Assembly: GCA_964523105.1 (NCBI GenBank)
Contig: CAZFZN010000031.1
Coordinates: 17,683-81,682 of the forward strand
Length of the DNA stretch: 64,000 nucleotides
Reading direction: 5' to 3'
From: an uncultured Akkermansia sp.
GTDB lineage: Bacteria; Verrucomicrobiota; Verrucomicrobiia; Verrucomicrobiales; V1-33
Made by a program: the position numbers and the translations under genes. The notes under the pieces were generated by a model. The model did no database searches. It was not told the DNA's origin and saw only the letters and a list, made by a program, of their open reading frames with translations. Positions within the stretch are counted from its first letter, which is position 1. Each line of letters opens with the position of its first letter. Below are positions 10,903 to 23,353 of the stretch, one piece after another.

Positions 10903-11880
10903 ATGCACCGCCCGCTCGTCTTTTTGTTCGCCGCCCTTTCGGTATCACTCTCCGCTCAGGAACCCGCGCGCCCGGCCACTCCCGCAAAGCCCGCGCCGGC
11001 CGCCAAACGCCAGCCGCCGAAGAATCCGCCGCCGGCGCAGGCGAATGTCCCGTACGGCGACCACGCGCGCCAGGTGCTCGATTTTTGGAAAGCCGAAACC
11101 AAAGAGCCGGCCCCGCTGCTCTTCTTCATCCACGGCGGCGGCTGGCAAAACGGCGACAAGGCCGGGATCGCCGTCGCACCCTATCTGAAAGCGGGCATCT
11201 CCGTCGTCTCCATCAATTACCGCTATGTGCAGCAGGCGAAGGAGGCCGGAGTGACGCCTCCGGTGAAGGCCCCGCTGCACGACGCCGCCAGAGCGCTGCA
11301 GTTCGTCCGCAGCAAAGCGGGCGAATGGAACATCGACAAAAAGCGCATCGTGGCCAGCGGCGGCTCGGCCGGCGCCTGCAGCAGCCTCTGGCTCGCCTTT
11401 CATCCTGACATGGCCGATCCGAAAAGCGCAGACCCCGTGGCCCGGGAATCCACCCGCCTGTGGGGTGCCGGCGTGACGGGTGCCCAAACCACGCTCGATC
11501 CTCACCAAATGCGCGAATGGACGCCCAACAGCCGTTACGGCGGACACGCTTTCGGATTCACCGGCGACAAGGAGAAAGGCATTTCGCAGTTCGAGGAGTT
11601 CCATGCCAAACGGGACACCGTCAAAGAGTGGATCGCCGAGTACTCGCCCTATGCGCACGTCAGCGCGGATGATCCGCCGGTCTATTTGCTCTACAACGCG
11701 CCGCCCGCCCCCGGCAAGGAGGAGAAGGATCCCACGCACACCGCGAATTTCGGCGTCAAGCTGCAGGAGCACTGCCAGGCCAGCGGGGTGAAGTGCGAGC
11801 TGCGCTATCCCGGCGCCCCCGATGCCCCGCATGCTTCCACCACGGCGTGGATCATCGAACGGCTCAAGGCCGCGGAGTAG
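10903..11880 (+). CDS. Secreted alpha/beta hydrolase (esterase/lipase-like)
   Basis: Signal peptide MHRPLVFLFAALSVSLSAQE, oxyanion motif HGGGW and nucleophile elbow GGSAGA. Confidence 0.8.
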   Translation: MHRPLVFLFAALSVSLSAQEPARPATPAKPAPAAKRQPPKNPPPAQANVPYGDHARQVLDFWKAETKEPAPLLFFIHGGGWQNGDKAGIAVAPYLKAGISVVSINYRYVQQAKEAGVTPPVKAPLHDAARALQFVRSKAGEWNIDKKRIVASGGSAGACSSLWLAFHPDMADPKSADPVARESTRLWGAGVTGAQTTLDPHQMREWTPNSRYGGHAFGFTGDKEKGISQFEEFHAKRDTVKEWIAEYSPYAHVSADDPPVYLLYNAPPAPGKEEKDPTHTANFGVKLQEHCQASGVKCELRYPGAPDAPHASTTAWIIERLKAAE

Positions 11881-11889
11881 TCAGGGCGG

Positions 11890-13092
11890 TCAGTTCTTTT
11901 GCGCGGCTTCCGCTTTGTCAGGGATCACCGCCGCGCAGGCCCGGCGCACATATTCCTCGTACGCCCAGTCGCCGCTGGCACCGGTCTGACGTGTGATCAC
12001 CAGATCGAGTCCGGGCACGAAGGCGATGATCTGGCCCCCGCTGCCGGGCTTGGATCGGGCGTCTGCGGGAATCCCCTCCCCGCTGCGCCCGCTCGCAGGA
12101 TCGTGCCGCGCGGGAAGTTCCCAGCCGTGGGAGAAAACCTGCGGATTGAGCTTCCAGCGCATCTCAGGTGTCTTCACTGCATGCGTCGGAGCGGCCGTCT
12201 CCCTGACAAACCATTCGGGAATCACCTGGCGATCGCCCCAGCGTCCGCCGCGGAGCATGCAATAACCGATCCGCGCGAGGTCCCGCGCCGGCATGCCGAG
12301 CCCGTGCGAGGGATGGCGCCCGTACTTTTCGCCGCCCTGGTAATATTGAAACCACCAGTGCCCGATGCCCAGCGGCTTGAACAGCGCCTCGACGGCGAAC
12401 TCATCGTAAGGTTTGCCGGTCACCGTTTCGCAGACCAGTGCCGCATGCGCCAGCGCATGGGTGGAATATCCGCAGCCCGTGCCGGGATCGAAAGCAAGTT
12501 TCTGCGTGCGCGGGTCGCCGCTGTGGCCCAGAATGTATTCCCACGTGCCGTCGTTGGGGGCGCCGGTGGCCTCCGGACAAATCCCGGACGTGTGATTGAA
12601 CAGCTGCTTCACCGTGATCTGCGCTTTTCGCGGATCGCTCAGCGGCTGCGCCCACGGAATGAAATCGAACGCTTTGTCCTCGAACGTCATCCGGCGCGGT
12701 GTGCCGCCCTGCCGGCTTCGTTCCGAAGCGATGGCCAGCACGGTCGCGCAGACCGCCTTCGAACAAGAGGCCACCCGGCGCGCATCCGTCACCGCACTGT
12801 TGCCGCGCTCCACCTCCAGCACGATGAACCCGCGGCGGATCACCACCGCGGCGAAGGGGCGGTGGTCCGACTGCAGCAGCCACTCCCGCAGTGACGCGAG
12901 CTTCCGCGGATCCATGCCGGCGAGCGACTCGATATCCGTTTCCGCTTCGATCCTGCGCCAGCCGCCCTGCGCTTCCGGCGGAGGAAAATATCCGTCAGGG
13001 CTTCCGTCCTGACGCTTCGCAGGCTCCGCGGCGGCGGAGGTGAGCAGGCCCAGCGACAGCATCGCCGGCAACAGTAACGAGAGAGAATTCAT
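11890..13092 (-). CDS. Serine hydrolase, beta-lactamase/transpeptidase-like family
   Basis: Signal peptide MNSLSLLLPAMLSLGLLTSAAA and the S-x-x-K motif SCSKAV. 400 aa. Confidence 0.8.
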   Translation of the reverse strand: MNSLSLLLPAMLSLGLLTSAAAEPAKRQDGSPDGYFPPPEAQGGWRRIEAETDIESLAGMDPRKLASLREWLLQSDHRPFAAVVIRRGFIVLEVERGNSAVTDARRVASCSKAVCATVLAIASERSRQGGTPRRMTFEDKAFDFIPWAQPLSDPRKAQITVKQLFNHTSGICPEATGAPNDGTWEYILGHSGDPRTQKLAFDPGTGCGYSTHALAHAALVCETVTGKPYDEFAVEALFKPLGIGHWWFQYYQGGEKYGRHPSHGLGMPARDLARIGYCMLRGGRWGDRQVIPEWFVRETAAPTHAVKTPEMRWKLNPQVFSHGWELPARHDPASGRSGEGIPADARSKPGSGGQIIAFVPGLDLVITRQTGASGDWAYEEYVRRACAAVIPDKAEAAQKN

Positions 13093-13134
13093 GGCGCGGG
13101 ATAAAACTGAACGCAGCGCCGGCGGATCATCGGA

Positions 13135-13962
13135 TCAATGCTCCAGCGGCACGCCGCATTGCTGGCAAAAACGCGCCCGGGGATCGTTCTCCTCCCAGCC
13201 GCATTCACGGCATTTCCGGAACGGACCGCGCCGGCTCATCTCGCGCCCGATTTCCCAGGTCATGATTCCGGTGGGCACGGCAATGATGGCATAGCCGGTG
13301 AGCATGATGACCGACGCCATCATTTTTCCCAGCACGGTGACCGGCGCCACATCCCCGTAGCCCACGGTGGTCAGGGTAACGATGGCCCAGTAAATCGACT
13401 GCGGGATATTGGTGAAACCCGGATTCACCTCCTGCTCGATGACATACATGACTGTGCCCTCCACCAGCACCAGGGTCATAACCGCGCACAGGAAGACCAG
13501 AATTTTGCGCCGGCCGGCCTGCAGGGCATTGAGCAGCACATTCGCCTCGCCCGCATACTCCGCGAGCTTCAAAATCCGGAACATGCGCAGCAGGCGCAGG
13601 ACGCGGAAGGTCATCAGGTAATGAGTGCCGGGCAGCAGCAGTTCCAGATAACTCGGGAGAATGGAAATGAGGTCCACCACTCCGAAGAAGCTCCTCGCAT
13701 AGCGCCAGCGCCGCCGCACCACCCACAGTCGCGCCGCATACTCGATGGTAAAGAGAATGGTGAATCCCCATTCCAGTGAACGGAACAGCGCCCTGTGCGG
13801 TCCGCTCAGTTCACTCACGCTGTCCAGCATCAGCGTGAGCACGCTCAGCAGAATCAGCACGATGAGTATGATGTCGAACAGGCGGCCGGCCCGGGTGTCG
13901 GAGAGAAAAATGACGCGCCAGAGCTTTTCTCGGCGGGGATTGCTTTCAGGTGCGGCAGGCAT
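13135..13962 (-). CDS. Voltage-gated-type K+ channel (6TM) with C-terminal zinc ribbon
   Basis: S4-like RVLRLLRMFRILKL, selectivity filter TTVGYGD and C-terminal CRECG..(11)..CQQCG. Confidence 0.85.
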   Translation of the reverse strand: MPAAPESNPRREKLWRVIFLSDTRAGRLFDIILIVLILLSVLTLMLDSVSELSGPHRALFRSLEWGFTILFTIEYAARLWVVRRRWRYARSFFGVVDLISILPSYLELLLPGTHYLMTFRVLRLLRMFRILKLAEYAGEANVLLNALQAGRRKILVFLCAVMTLVLVEGTVMYVIEQEVNPGFTNIPQSIYWAIVTLTTVGYGDVAPVTVLGKMMASVIMLTGYAIIAVPTGIMTWEIGREMSRRGPFRKCRECGWEENDPRARFCQQCGVPLEH

Positions 13963-14101
13963 GGAACAGCGGAACGATCAGAAAGAAGGGGAGACCCTCC
14001 TCCGGTTATACTTCCGGGGATGATCCCTCCTGCCAATCTTTATCTTCCATCCGTTTCCCCGCCGGCGCGCCGGGCGTCCGGACAGTTGCGCGGCGGCACG
14101 C

Positions 14102-14470
14102 TCAGGACATGGACTTCGCGTAGTCGATCATGCCCTGAAAATCGACGACCACCGCGGGCTCCTCGCCGACGGTCCATGCGTCGTGACCGGAGGGCAGCAG
14201 GGAAACGTCCCCGGGCCGGCAGTCGAATTCCGAGCCGTCATCCATCACGACGTGCAGCACGCCGGAGACATGATACTGAAAATGCGGGGCTTCGCAGCTC
14301 CTGGTTTTGGCGATCGGCTGCACGGATTCGGCCCAGCGCCAGCCGGGCTCGAAAACGGCGCGCCCGATGGTGGCCCCGCCGATGTTGATGAGTTCAAGGC
14401 GGCCTTTGGGAAACTCGCGGACCTCGTCCGGTTTGTTGAAATTCTTCAGTTCGACGGTGTTCATGGGCAC
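14102..14470 (-). CDS. Cupin-domain protein
   Basis: 122 aa with the small beta-barrel pattern (HFQYHVSGVLHVVMDDGSEF..PGDVSLLPSGHDAW). Confidence 0.75.
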   Translation of the reverse strand: MPMNTVELKNFNKPDEVREFPKGRLELINIGGATIGRAVFEPGWRWAESVQPIAKTRSCEAPHFQYHVSGVLHVVMDDGSEFDCRPGDVSLLPSGHDAWTVGEEPAVVVDFQGMIDYAKSMS

Positions 14471-14700
14471 GGAGCGGCATTTTGTGTGGATTCCTTGATG
14501 CGTACGCCCGGGACCTCGGCGGGTCCGCCGACAAGGCTGCGGCGGACGGGGATGGCAGCGTGTTTACCAATTTCGGACCCGGGGCGCAATTCAATTTCCG
14601 GCCGAATCCAGCGGCTGGACGGCAGGTCGCTGGTCTGCGCATTCCCGGAACTTGATATTCGGCGGCGGATGCTCACAATGCGCCTGCTCCGCCGGTTGCG

Positions 14701-15699
14701 GTGCCCACCACCATGAAAAAAATTCTCCCTGCTCTTCTCGCCGGCATCCTTTTGGGCGCCGGCGGCGTTTTTCTCTGGGCTCATGCGCGGGACGTGCGCG
14801 CGGGTGCCGATGCCGCAGAGGCTGCAGCGCAGCACAAACGCGACATGGATGCCCTGCGCCGTCAACTGGCGGGCGAACGCAGCACCGCCGCTTCACTGCG
14901 CCGTCAGCTGGCCGACTCCGGCGCGGATCAGCGGCCCCTGGAGCCGAATCAAATCGACATCCAGCGACTGCTCAATGACGCGCGCCCGCTCATGAAAAGC
15001 CTCGCCATTATGTTCGACGGCGAGCGCAAAAAGATGGCGGAGCGCCTGATCCGCGGCATCGCCGAACGTCTCGCCGAAGACATGGGCCTGACAGAGGAAC
15101 AGACCGCAGACATGATAGCGCACTTCATGAAGCTCGACGAGGAGAACTTCGCGAAAATCATGGCGATGCTCGACCGTCCCCTCACCATTCTGGACGTCTT
15201 CAGCGCCATGAAGGACATGGACCCCACGAAAAACATGGACGCCTACGTCGCAGCCAAACTGACACCGGAGCAGAAGCTGGCATGGGACAACCGGAAGCTG
15301 GAGTCGAAGGCCCAGCAGATCGAGCGCACCGCCAACTGGCAGCTGCGCCGCATGGAGCGCCTGAATCTGGACGAGACGCAGAAGGATCAGGTGTTCGACA
15401 TTCTGGTGAAGACTAATCCGCAGTACGACGCCAGCCTCGCCGTGGAGGGTCTGAGCGAAGAGGCCGGCACCTTCGAAGCCGGAAAGAGTCAGGACGAGGC
15501 CATCGCCGCGGTGCTGCGCGAAGATCAGCTGGCGGAATACCAGGCCATTCAGGAACGCCAGCAAACCGAACGCAGACGCTGGTCGGACGCCCTGGGCGGT
15601 TTCGACCCCATGCAGTTCTTCCAGGGCATGAACGGGATGAGCGGATTCGGCGCCGGCTTCGGCGGCATGGGCGGGCGCGGGCGACGCGGCGGCCGCTGA
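14701..15699 (+). CDS. Membrane-anchored coiled-coil protein with a G/M/F/R-rich tail
   Basis: N-terminal TM helix KKILPALLAGILLGAGGVFLW (the start may be ATG 14713). The body is helical. The tail reads GMNGMSGFGAGFGGMGGRGRRGGR. Confidence 0.6.
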   Translation: MPTTMKKILPALLAGILLGAGGVFLWAHARDVRAGADAAEAAAQHKRDMDALRRQLAGERSTAASLRRQLADSGADQRPLEPNQIDIQRLLNDARPLMKSLAIMFDGERKKMAERLIRGIAERLAEDMGLTEEQTADMIAHFMKLDEENFAKIMAMLDRPLTILDVFSAMKDMDPTKNMDAYVAAKLTPEQKLAWDNRKLESKAQQIERTANWQLRRMERLNLDETQKDQVFDILVKTNPQYDASLAVEGLSEEAGTFEAGKSQDEAIAAVLREDQLAEYQAIQERQQTERRRWSDALGGFDPMQFFQGMNGMSGFGAGFGGMGGRGRRGGR

Positions 15700-15999
15700 G
15701 CGTCGAACACCCGGAGCAGGCGAAATTACGCCGGCAAGGCCTGCGCCGGCAAGGCCTGCGCCGGAAGCCGCAGCAGGGCCGTCCCGGTCTTGTCGTTAGG
15801 CATGACCAGGTCCAGACGAGGACGGCCTTCGTGCGGTTCCTTTTGGTTCTCGTGCGCCATCCCTCGTGCGCCGGAGCTTTCGATAATTTCGCGTGCCGTG
15901 CCCCGGGGAAGCGACATGATGTCCCCGAATTTGTCCGTGAATATCCGCCCGCTCCGCGCGTCTCTGCCGCGGGAAATAACGCCCGCCCTCCTCCGCTCC

Positions 16000-18525
16000 A
16001 TGAACTCCCGCCTCCTCCTCAGCCTTGTTCCCCTGGCAGGTATGCTGCTTGCCGGCTGCGACAAACCCCAGCCCCGGGCCACGGCTCCCGCGAGTCCTCC
16101 CCCGGCTGAAGCACCAGCCCCGCCGCCGGCCGCACCCGCTGAACCGGATCAGCGGCTCGCGGATCAAATCAACGACATGCAGGACCGTCAGGCGGAACTG
16201 CAGCGCCAGATCGATGAGGAAAAACTCGCGCGCCTGGAAGCCGAGATCGCCCGGGAGCGCGACCTGCTGGAAAAGGACCGCGAAGCATGGCGGATGGAGC
16301 AGGAACTGGCGGATGCCAAAGCAGCCGCCGAAGCCGCCAGGGCGGACGCTGCGGCCGCAGCCCCGGCTCAAACGGGCGGCGACGCGGTGCAGCCGGTGTC
16401 TGCTGCGACGGGCAACTACGACTATCAAACCTTCTACGACGATCTCGCCCCCTACGGCGCATGGTATGATTCGCCGGAATACGGCTACGTCTGGCAGCCG
16501 TCGGTTTATGTGGGCGACACCTCATGGCGGCCCTACACGGTCGGATCGTGGGCTTACTGCGACGCGGGCTGGACGTGGTGCTCGGACGAGCCGTTCGGCT
16601 GGGCCACCTATCACTACGGACGCTGGGCGCGCTGCCGCAACCGCGGCTGGATTTGGGTGCCCGGGGATGTCTGGGCTCCCGCATGGGTGAGCTGGCGGCG
16701 CAGCGACAGCCATGTCGGCTGGTGCCCGCTGCCGCCGGAAACGGTTTATCACCGCAATGTCTCGTGGGGGGCCACCGTGGACACCGACTGGGGGATCGCT
16801 TCCTCCATGTACATCTTCATGCCGGTGCGGCATTTCGACCGGCCCGTGCTGCGCTACTGCGAACCCGCAGCGGTCAGCTTCCAGATCTGCGCCAACACGG
16901 TCAACATCACCAACATCTACTGGCAAAGCGGCCGGGTCCACTGCGGCGGTCCGAAGTACGACTGGATTCGCGGCCACGTGCAGCGCCCTGTGCCGCAATA
17001 CACGCTCGCATGGGACGAGAGCCGCCCCGGGCACGGTCGTCCGGCACACCGCATGGAGAAGAACCGGCTGCACGTCTTCGCCCCCAAAATGGATGTCCCG
17101 TGGAACCGCAGCCTGCAGCCGCGCTCCAAAACCGCGCTGCTCGGCGAAACGGAATTCGTCCGCGCGGAAGGCGGCCTCCCGCAAAAATCCCGGGAACAGT
17201 TCCGCAGGGAAAAAGCCAGCCGCCAGCAGGCGGTGGAGTCCGACAAATCGGCTCGCCTTGTCATGGAGCGCCAGCAGCGCCTCCGCGACATGGAGAAGTC
17301 CCGCGCCACGCTGGCGGCCGAGGCTCAGAAGTCGGCGGAGACGGCCGTCACCGCCCCCGCCGGCCCGGCCCGTCCTGACAAATTTCCCGGAAAGTCCGGC
17401 CGGGTGCCCGCCGGCCCGCAGCCGCAAAAGGAGGGCGACGCTGCCAAACTTCAGCCCGTGACTCCCCCTCAGCCGGAAATTGCGGTTTCCGAACCCCGTT
17501 CCGGTGGAAAGACCTCCGCCCCTTCCACACGCCTTGAGGAATTGCGGCGGCAGAAGGGAGCGGAGCCGGCCGTTGCGCCGCAGGCTCCCGCAGCAGACGC
17601 CGTTGCATCCGAAAATCAGCGCCTCGCGGCTGAAGCCGCCACGCGTGAGGCCGCCGCCCGGGCCGATGCCAAGACCGCCGGCGACCGCACCCGCATGGAA
17701 TCTCTGCGCCGCGAGCGTGACGAAGTCGCAAAGCAGGCCGCAGCGCAGCGCGCCGCCGTCATGGAAGAGCAGCAGAAGCGCGCCGCTGAAACCGCCGCCC
17801 GCAATGCAGCCGCAACGCGCGAACTGGAAAATCAAAAAGCACAGCGCGCGCAGCTCGAAGAGCAGCGCCGCCGCACCGATGCCGCCAAAGCGCAGGCGGA
17901 TGCCCGGGGCGCCACTGCCAACGAAAAGGCGCGCCGCGACAGTGAAGCGGCGACGAGGGAGCGCACGAAAGCCGCGATGGAGGATCGGCGCCGTCAGGTG
18001 GAGGAAACCCGCGCCGCCCAGTCCCGCGCCGAAGCCCAGCGCGCCGAACTCGAAAATCAGCGCCGTCAAACCGAAGCCGCCCGCGCCGCAGACCAGGCAA
18101 ACCGTCAGCGCGAAGCGATCGAACAGCAGCGCCGCGCCGCTCAGGCCGAGGCCGCACGCGAAATGCAGCGCCGCGCCGCGGAGGAAAATGCCGCCCGCCA
18201 GCGAGAGGCCATGGAACAGCAGCGCCGCGCCGCCCAGGCCGATGCCGCCCGCGAAATGCAGCGCCGCGCCGCGGAGGAAAATGCCGCCCGCCAGCGCGAG
18301 GCCATGGAACAGCAGCGCCGCGCCGCCCAGGCTGACGCCGCCCGCGAACAGCAGCGCCGCGCCGCGGAGGAAAATGCCGCCCGCCAGCGCGCCGCGATGG
18401 AGCAGCAGCAGCAGCAAGCCGCCCGGGAAAGCGCCCAGCGCGAAGCCATGGACAAAGCGCGCCGCGCCTCGGAGGAATCCGCGCGCCGTCAGTCCGAAGA
18501 CCGCGGCGGCCGGCGCGGGAAGTAG
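16000..18525 (+). CDS. Lipoprotein with a W/Y-rich central domain (DUF6600-like) and a long R/A/E/Q coiled-coil tail
   Basis: ATG 16000 gives MNSRLLLSLVPLAGMLLAGC (lipobox). The central region reads YGAWYDSPEYGYVWQP..GWATYHYGRWA..GWIWVPG. The tail carries 3 x 93-nt repeats. Confidence 0.75.
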   Translation: MNSRLLLSLVPLAGMLLAGCDKPQPRATAPASPPPAEAPAPPPAAPAEPDQRLADQINDMQDRQAELQRQIDEEKLARLEAEIARERDLLEKDREAWRMEQELADAKAAAEAARADAAAAAPAQTGGDAVQPVSAATGNYDYQTFYDDLAPYGAWYDSPEYGYVWQPSVYVGDTSWRPYTVGSWAYCDAGWTWCSDEPFGWATYHYGRWARCRNRGWIWVPGDVWAPAWVSWRRSDSHVGWCPLPPETVYHRNVSWGATVDTDWGIASSMYIFMPVRHFDRPVLRYCEPAAVSFQICANTVNITNIYWQSGRVHCGGPKYDWIRGHVQRPVPQYTLAWDESRPGHGRPAHRMEKNRLHVFAPKMDVPWNRSLQPRSKTALLGETEFVRAEGGLPQKSREQFRREKASRQQAVESDKSARLVMERQQRLRDMEKSRATLAAEAQKSAETAVTAPAGPARPDKFPGKSGRVPAGPQPQKEGDAAKLQPVTPPQPEIAVSEPRSGGKTSAPSTRLEELRRQKGAEPAVAPQAPAADAVASENQRLAAEAATREAAARADAKTAGDRTRMESLRRERDEVAKQAAAQRAAVMEEQQKRAAETAARNAAATRELENQKAQRAQLEEQRRRTDAAKAQADARGATANEKARRDSEAATRERTKAAMEDRRRQVEETRAAQSRAEAQRAELENQRRQTEAARAADQANRQREAIEQQRRAAQAEAAREMQRRAAEENAARQREAMEQQRRAAQADAAREMQRRAAEENAARQREAMEQQRRAAQADAAREQQRRAAEENAARQRAAMEQQQQQAARESAQREAMDKARRASEESARRQSEDRGGRRGK
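18121..18399. repeat. Tandem 93-nt (31-codon) repeat x3 inside the lipoprotein CDS
   Basis: Units at 18121..18213, 18214..18306 and 18307..18399 encode EQQRRAAQA(E/D)AARE(M/Q)QRRAAEENAARQR(E/A)AM. Only a few substitutions separate the copies. Confidence 0.9.
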
Positions 18526-18557
18526 GCGGTGGACCGCCGCACTCCGCCTCCCGGAAT

Positions 18558-19259
18558 TCAGCGAACCGTCACTGCCGCGGCCGCCTCTCTGCCCTGACGG
18601 CTCGCGTAAAGATCGCTGAGCATTTCCTGGAGTCGTTTGCGGGCGTTGAACAGCCGGCTCATGACCGTGCCGATGGCACAGCCCACCGTGTCCGCGATTT
18701 CCTGATAGGACAGTCCCTCGATTTCCTTCAGCAGGATCACCGCCCGGTGCTCTGGACTGAGTCTGTCGAGGGCCTCCCGAATACGAACTCCGATCTCCTG
18801 ACTCACCATCGCGCGATCCGGCGCGGGAACAGGCCGCGGAGCGGTCGGAGCACCGGCGGCGGGGACACTGCCCAGCTCGTCATTGAACTCGGCCCCGCTG
18901 AATTTCTTCTTCCGGATGAGATCGATCACCGCGTTATTCGCGATCCGGCAGAGCCATGTGAAGAATTGCGAGCGGCGCTCGAAATTTCCCAGATTGCGCC
19001 ATGCTTTGATGAATACCTCCTGCGTGATGTCCCGCGCGTCGGCTTCATTGCCCAGCATGTTCATCGTCATGCCGTAAATGCGCCCGCGGTAGCGCGTCAC
19101 CAGCGTCTCAAACGCCTTGTGGCAGCCGGACTGCGCCTGCGTGACGAGGGCTTCGTCATGCTCCTCGCCCGCTTCAGTCACCGCTCCCTCCAACGCCGGC
19201 ACCGCGACGGCGGGATCGTCATCGGGGCATGTTGGAACCGGCTGAATTGGGTGACTCAC
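18558..19259 (-). CDS. ECF-type sigma-70 family RNA polymerase sigma factor
   Basis: Region 2 (DITQEVFIKAW, FFTWLCRIANN) and the region 4 HTH (LSYQEIADTVGCAIGTVMSRL). Confidence 0.88.
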   Translation of the reverse strand: MSHPIQPVPTCPDDDPAVAVPALEGAVTEAGEEHDEALVTQAQSGCHKAFETLVTRYRGRIYGMTMNMLGNEADARDITQEVFIKAWRNLGNFERRSQFFTWLCRIANNAVIDLIRKKKFSGAEFNDELGSVPAAGAPTAPRPVPAPDRAMVSQEIGVRIREALDRLSPEHRAVILLKEIEGLSYQEIADTVGCAIGTVMSRLFNARKRLQEMLSDLYASRQGREAAAAVTVR

Positions 19260-19403
19260 GGGGCGGGGGGATGCGCGACCTTATGAACGGTGCCCGCCCA
19301 GGCAAGGCGTGATTGAACCGGCCCCGCAACCGCACTGACGGAAATCCCGGCGGCCCGGGAGAATGCCGCGCTCCGTCAAAACGGCCCCGCGCGCCCTCAC
19401 AAA

Positions 19404-22040
<2,637 letters not shown>

Positions 22041-22562
22041 TCAGCCGTCCACCGGTTCCGCCGGGCCGGGGAGAATCAGCTGGTGGAAATCCAGATCGAG
22101 CCAGCGGCCGAACTTGAAGCCGGCGTGCCTGATGGACGCGCAGTGCGTGAAGCCGAGGCTGCGGTGCAGCGCGGCGCTGGCCGCATTGTCCGCGTCGATG
22201 CCGCCGATCATCACGTGATAATCCTGCGCCGTCGCCGCGGCGATCAGTTCCTCCATGAGCCGCCGTCCCACGCCGCGCCCGCGAAAGCGCCGGTCCACAT
22301 AGACGGAATGCTCGACCGAGTATTTGTAGGCCGGCCACGCGCGGAACGGGCCGTAACTCGCAAAGCCCGTCAGTTCTCCCGGCTCATTCTCCAGACCGAT
22401 GACCGGGTAACGGCCTGACGCTTTGGCGGCGAACCACGACTTCATGAACTCCATGGTGCGCGGATGATAATCATAGAGCGCGGTGGAGTTCAGAATCGCC
22501 TCGTTGAAAATGGAGAGGATGGATTCCGCGTGTCTGTCGAAGGTGCAGTCAACGCGTGTCAT
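22041..22562 (-). CDS. GNAT N-acetyltransferase, phosphinothricin-acetyltransferase-like
   Basis: 173 aa. The acetyl-CoA motif is VYVDRRFRGRGVGRRLMEELI. Confidence 0.85.
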   Translation of the reverse strand: MTRVDCTFDRHAESILSIFNEAILNSTALYDYHPRTMEFMKSWFAAKASGRYPVIGLENEPGELTGFASYGPFRAWPAYKYSVEHSVYVDRRFRGRGVGRRLMEELIAAATAQDYHVMIGGIDADNAASAALHRSLGFTHCASIRHAGFKFGRWLDLDFHQLILPGPAEPVDG

Positions 22563-22780
22563 GTCAGTGGTGGTGAGACGTTTGCCGGGGATCGGGGGTG
22601 TGCCGGGCCGGCGGCAAAGTCCGTGCGCCCGGCAGCAAGCCGCAACAGGTTTCTGACGCTCCTTGCAGGGCGCAGTCCATGCTGGAAGCCGCGCACACCA
22701 GGGAGGCGGCGACGACAGTGTTCGCCGGTGCCAGGAATGCCAACGCGGCTGCCGGTTATCCTCAAAAGAGCAATGGTTTT

Positions 22781-22912
22781 ACAGGAGGGAACAGAGGAAA
22801 CAGAGAAGCAATGAGTTGCAGGGAAACATCCATTCACCCGCCGGGTGAATTCGGCGCGCGGCCCGTTTCGAGCCCAGCTTCCTGAGCCTCTGTTACCTCC
22901 GTTGCCTCCTGT
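22781..22912. repeat. Palindromic element: inverted arrays of ~9-nt tandem units around a ~78-nt core
   Basis: Left array is acaggaggg-aacagagga-aacagagaa. Right array is cctctgtta-cctccgttg-cctcctgtt, matching 21/24 as a reverse complement. The core holds a perfect 19-nt palindrome ATTCACCCG-C-CGGGTGAAT at 22832..22850. Confidence 0.65.
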
Positions 22913-23353
22913 TCAAACTCATACCGGTTTTCAGGGTTATGAATGGAGCACCACTTTCTCTCACATTCTTCGCAGTCATGCAGGCCCCGGCTATCCCGTG
23001 GGCCGGACGTTTTCCAATTGGCACGACGCGGACCCCGCGGCCGCGATGACGTGGCGGCAGTCGCCGGCCGACCCCGTGCGGCGTACGCAGGCCCTGTTCA
23101 ATGTTATCGCCGCTGGCAGGGCGGGCATCTCCCTCATCCCCAGGTCCGAAGAGCGAATAGCCCTCGCGGTGGAATCTCTGCGCATGGCTTTTGAACCAAG
23201 GGAATGAGAACGTCCCGTTCATCCGCCGCTCCATTTGAGGCCCGACGTGGATTCAGCAAGCTTGCGGCACGAAATCCCCCCCGGGAGTGCCCTCCCCCGT
23301 TTGCGGCGGGAATATCCCTGGCCCGGTCATGCAGCGCACCGCTATCGCCTCGC

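Noticed and set aside
15726-16082. 118-aa minus-strand ORF upstream of the lipoprotein gene, ending in AQALPAQALPA
   Set aside because: Its C-terminus is just the translation of a 15-nt tandem duplication (cgccggcaaggcctg x2). It has no motifs and overlaps the lipoprotein gene's 5' region.
22845-23234. ORFs 22845..23207 (+) and 22893..23234 (-) in the long intergenic gap
   Set aside because: They are mutually overlapping and start inside the palindromic element. No family is recognisable and codon bias is not convincing by eye. I left them uncalled but flagged the gap.
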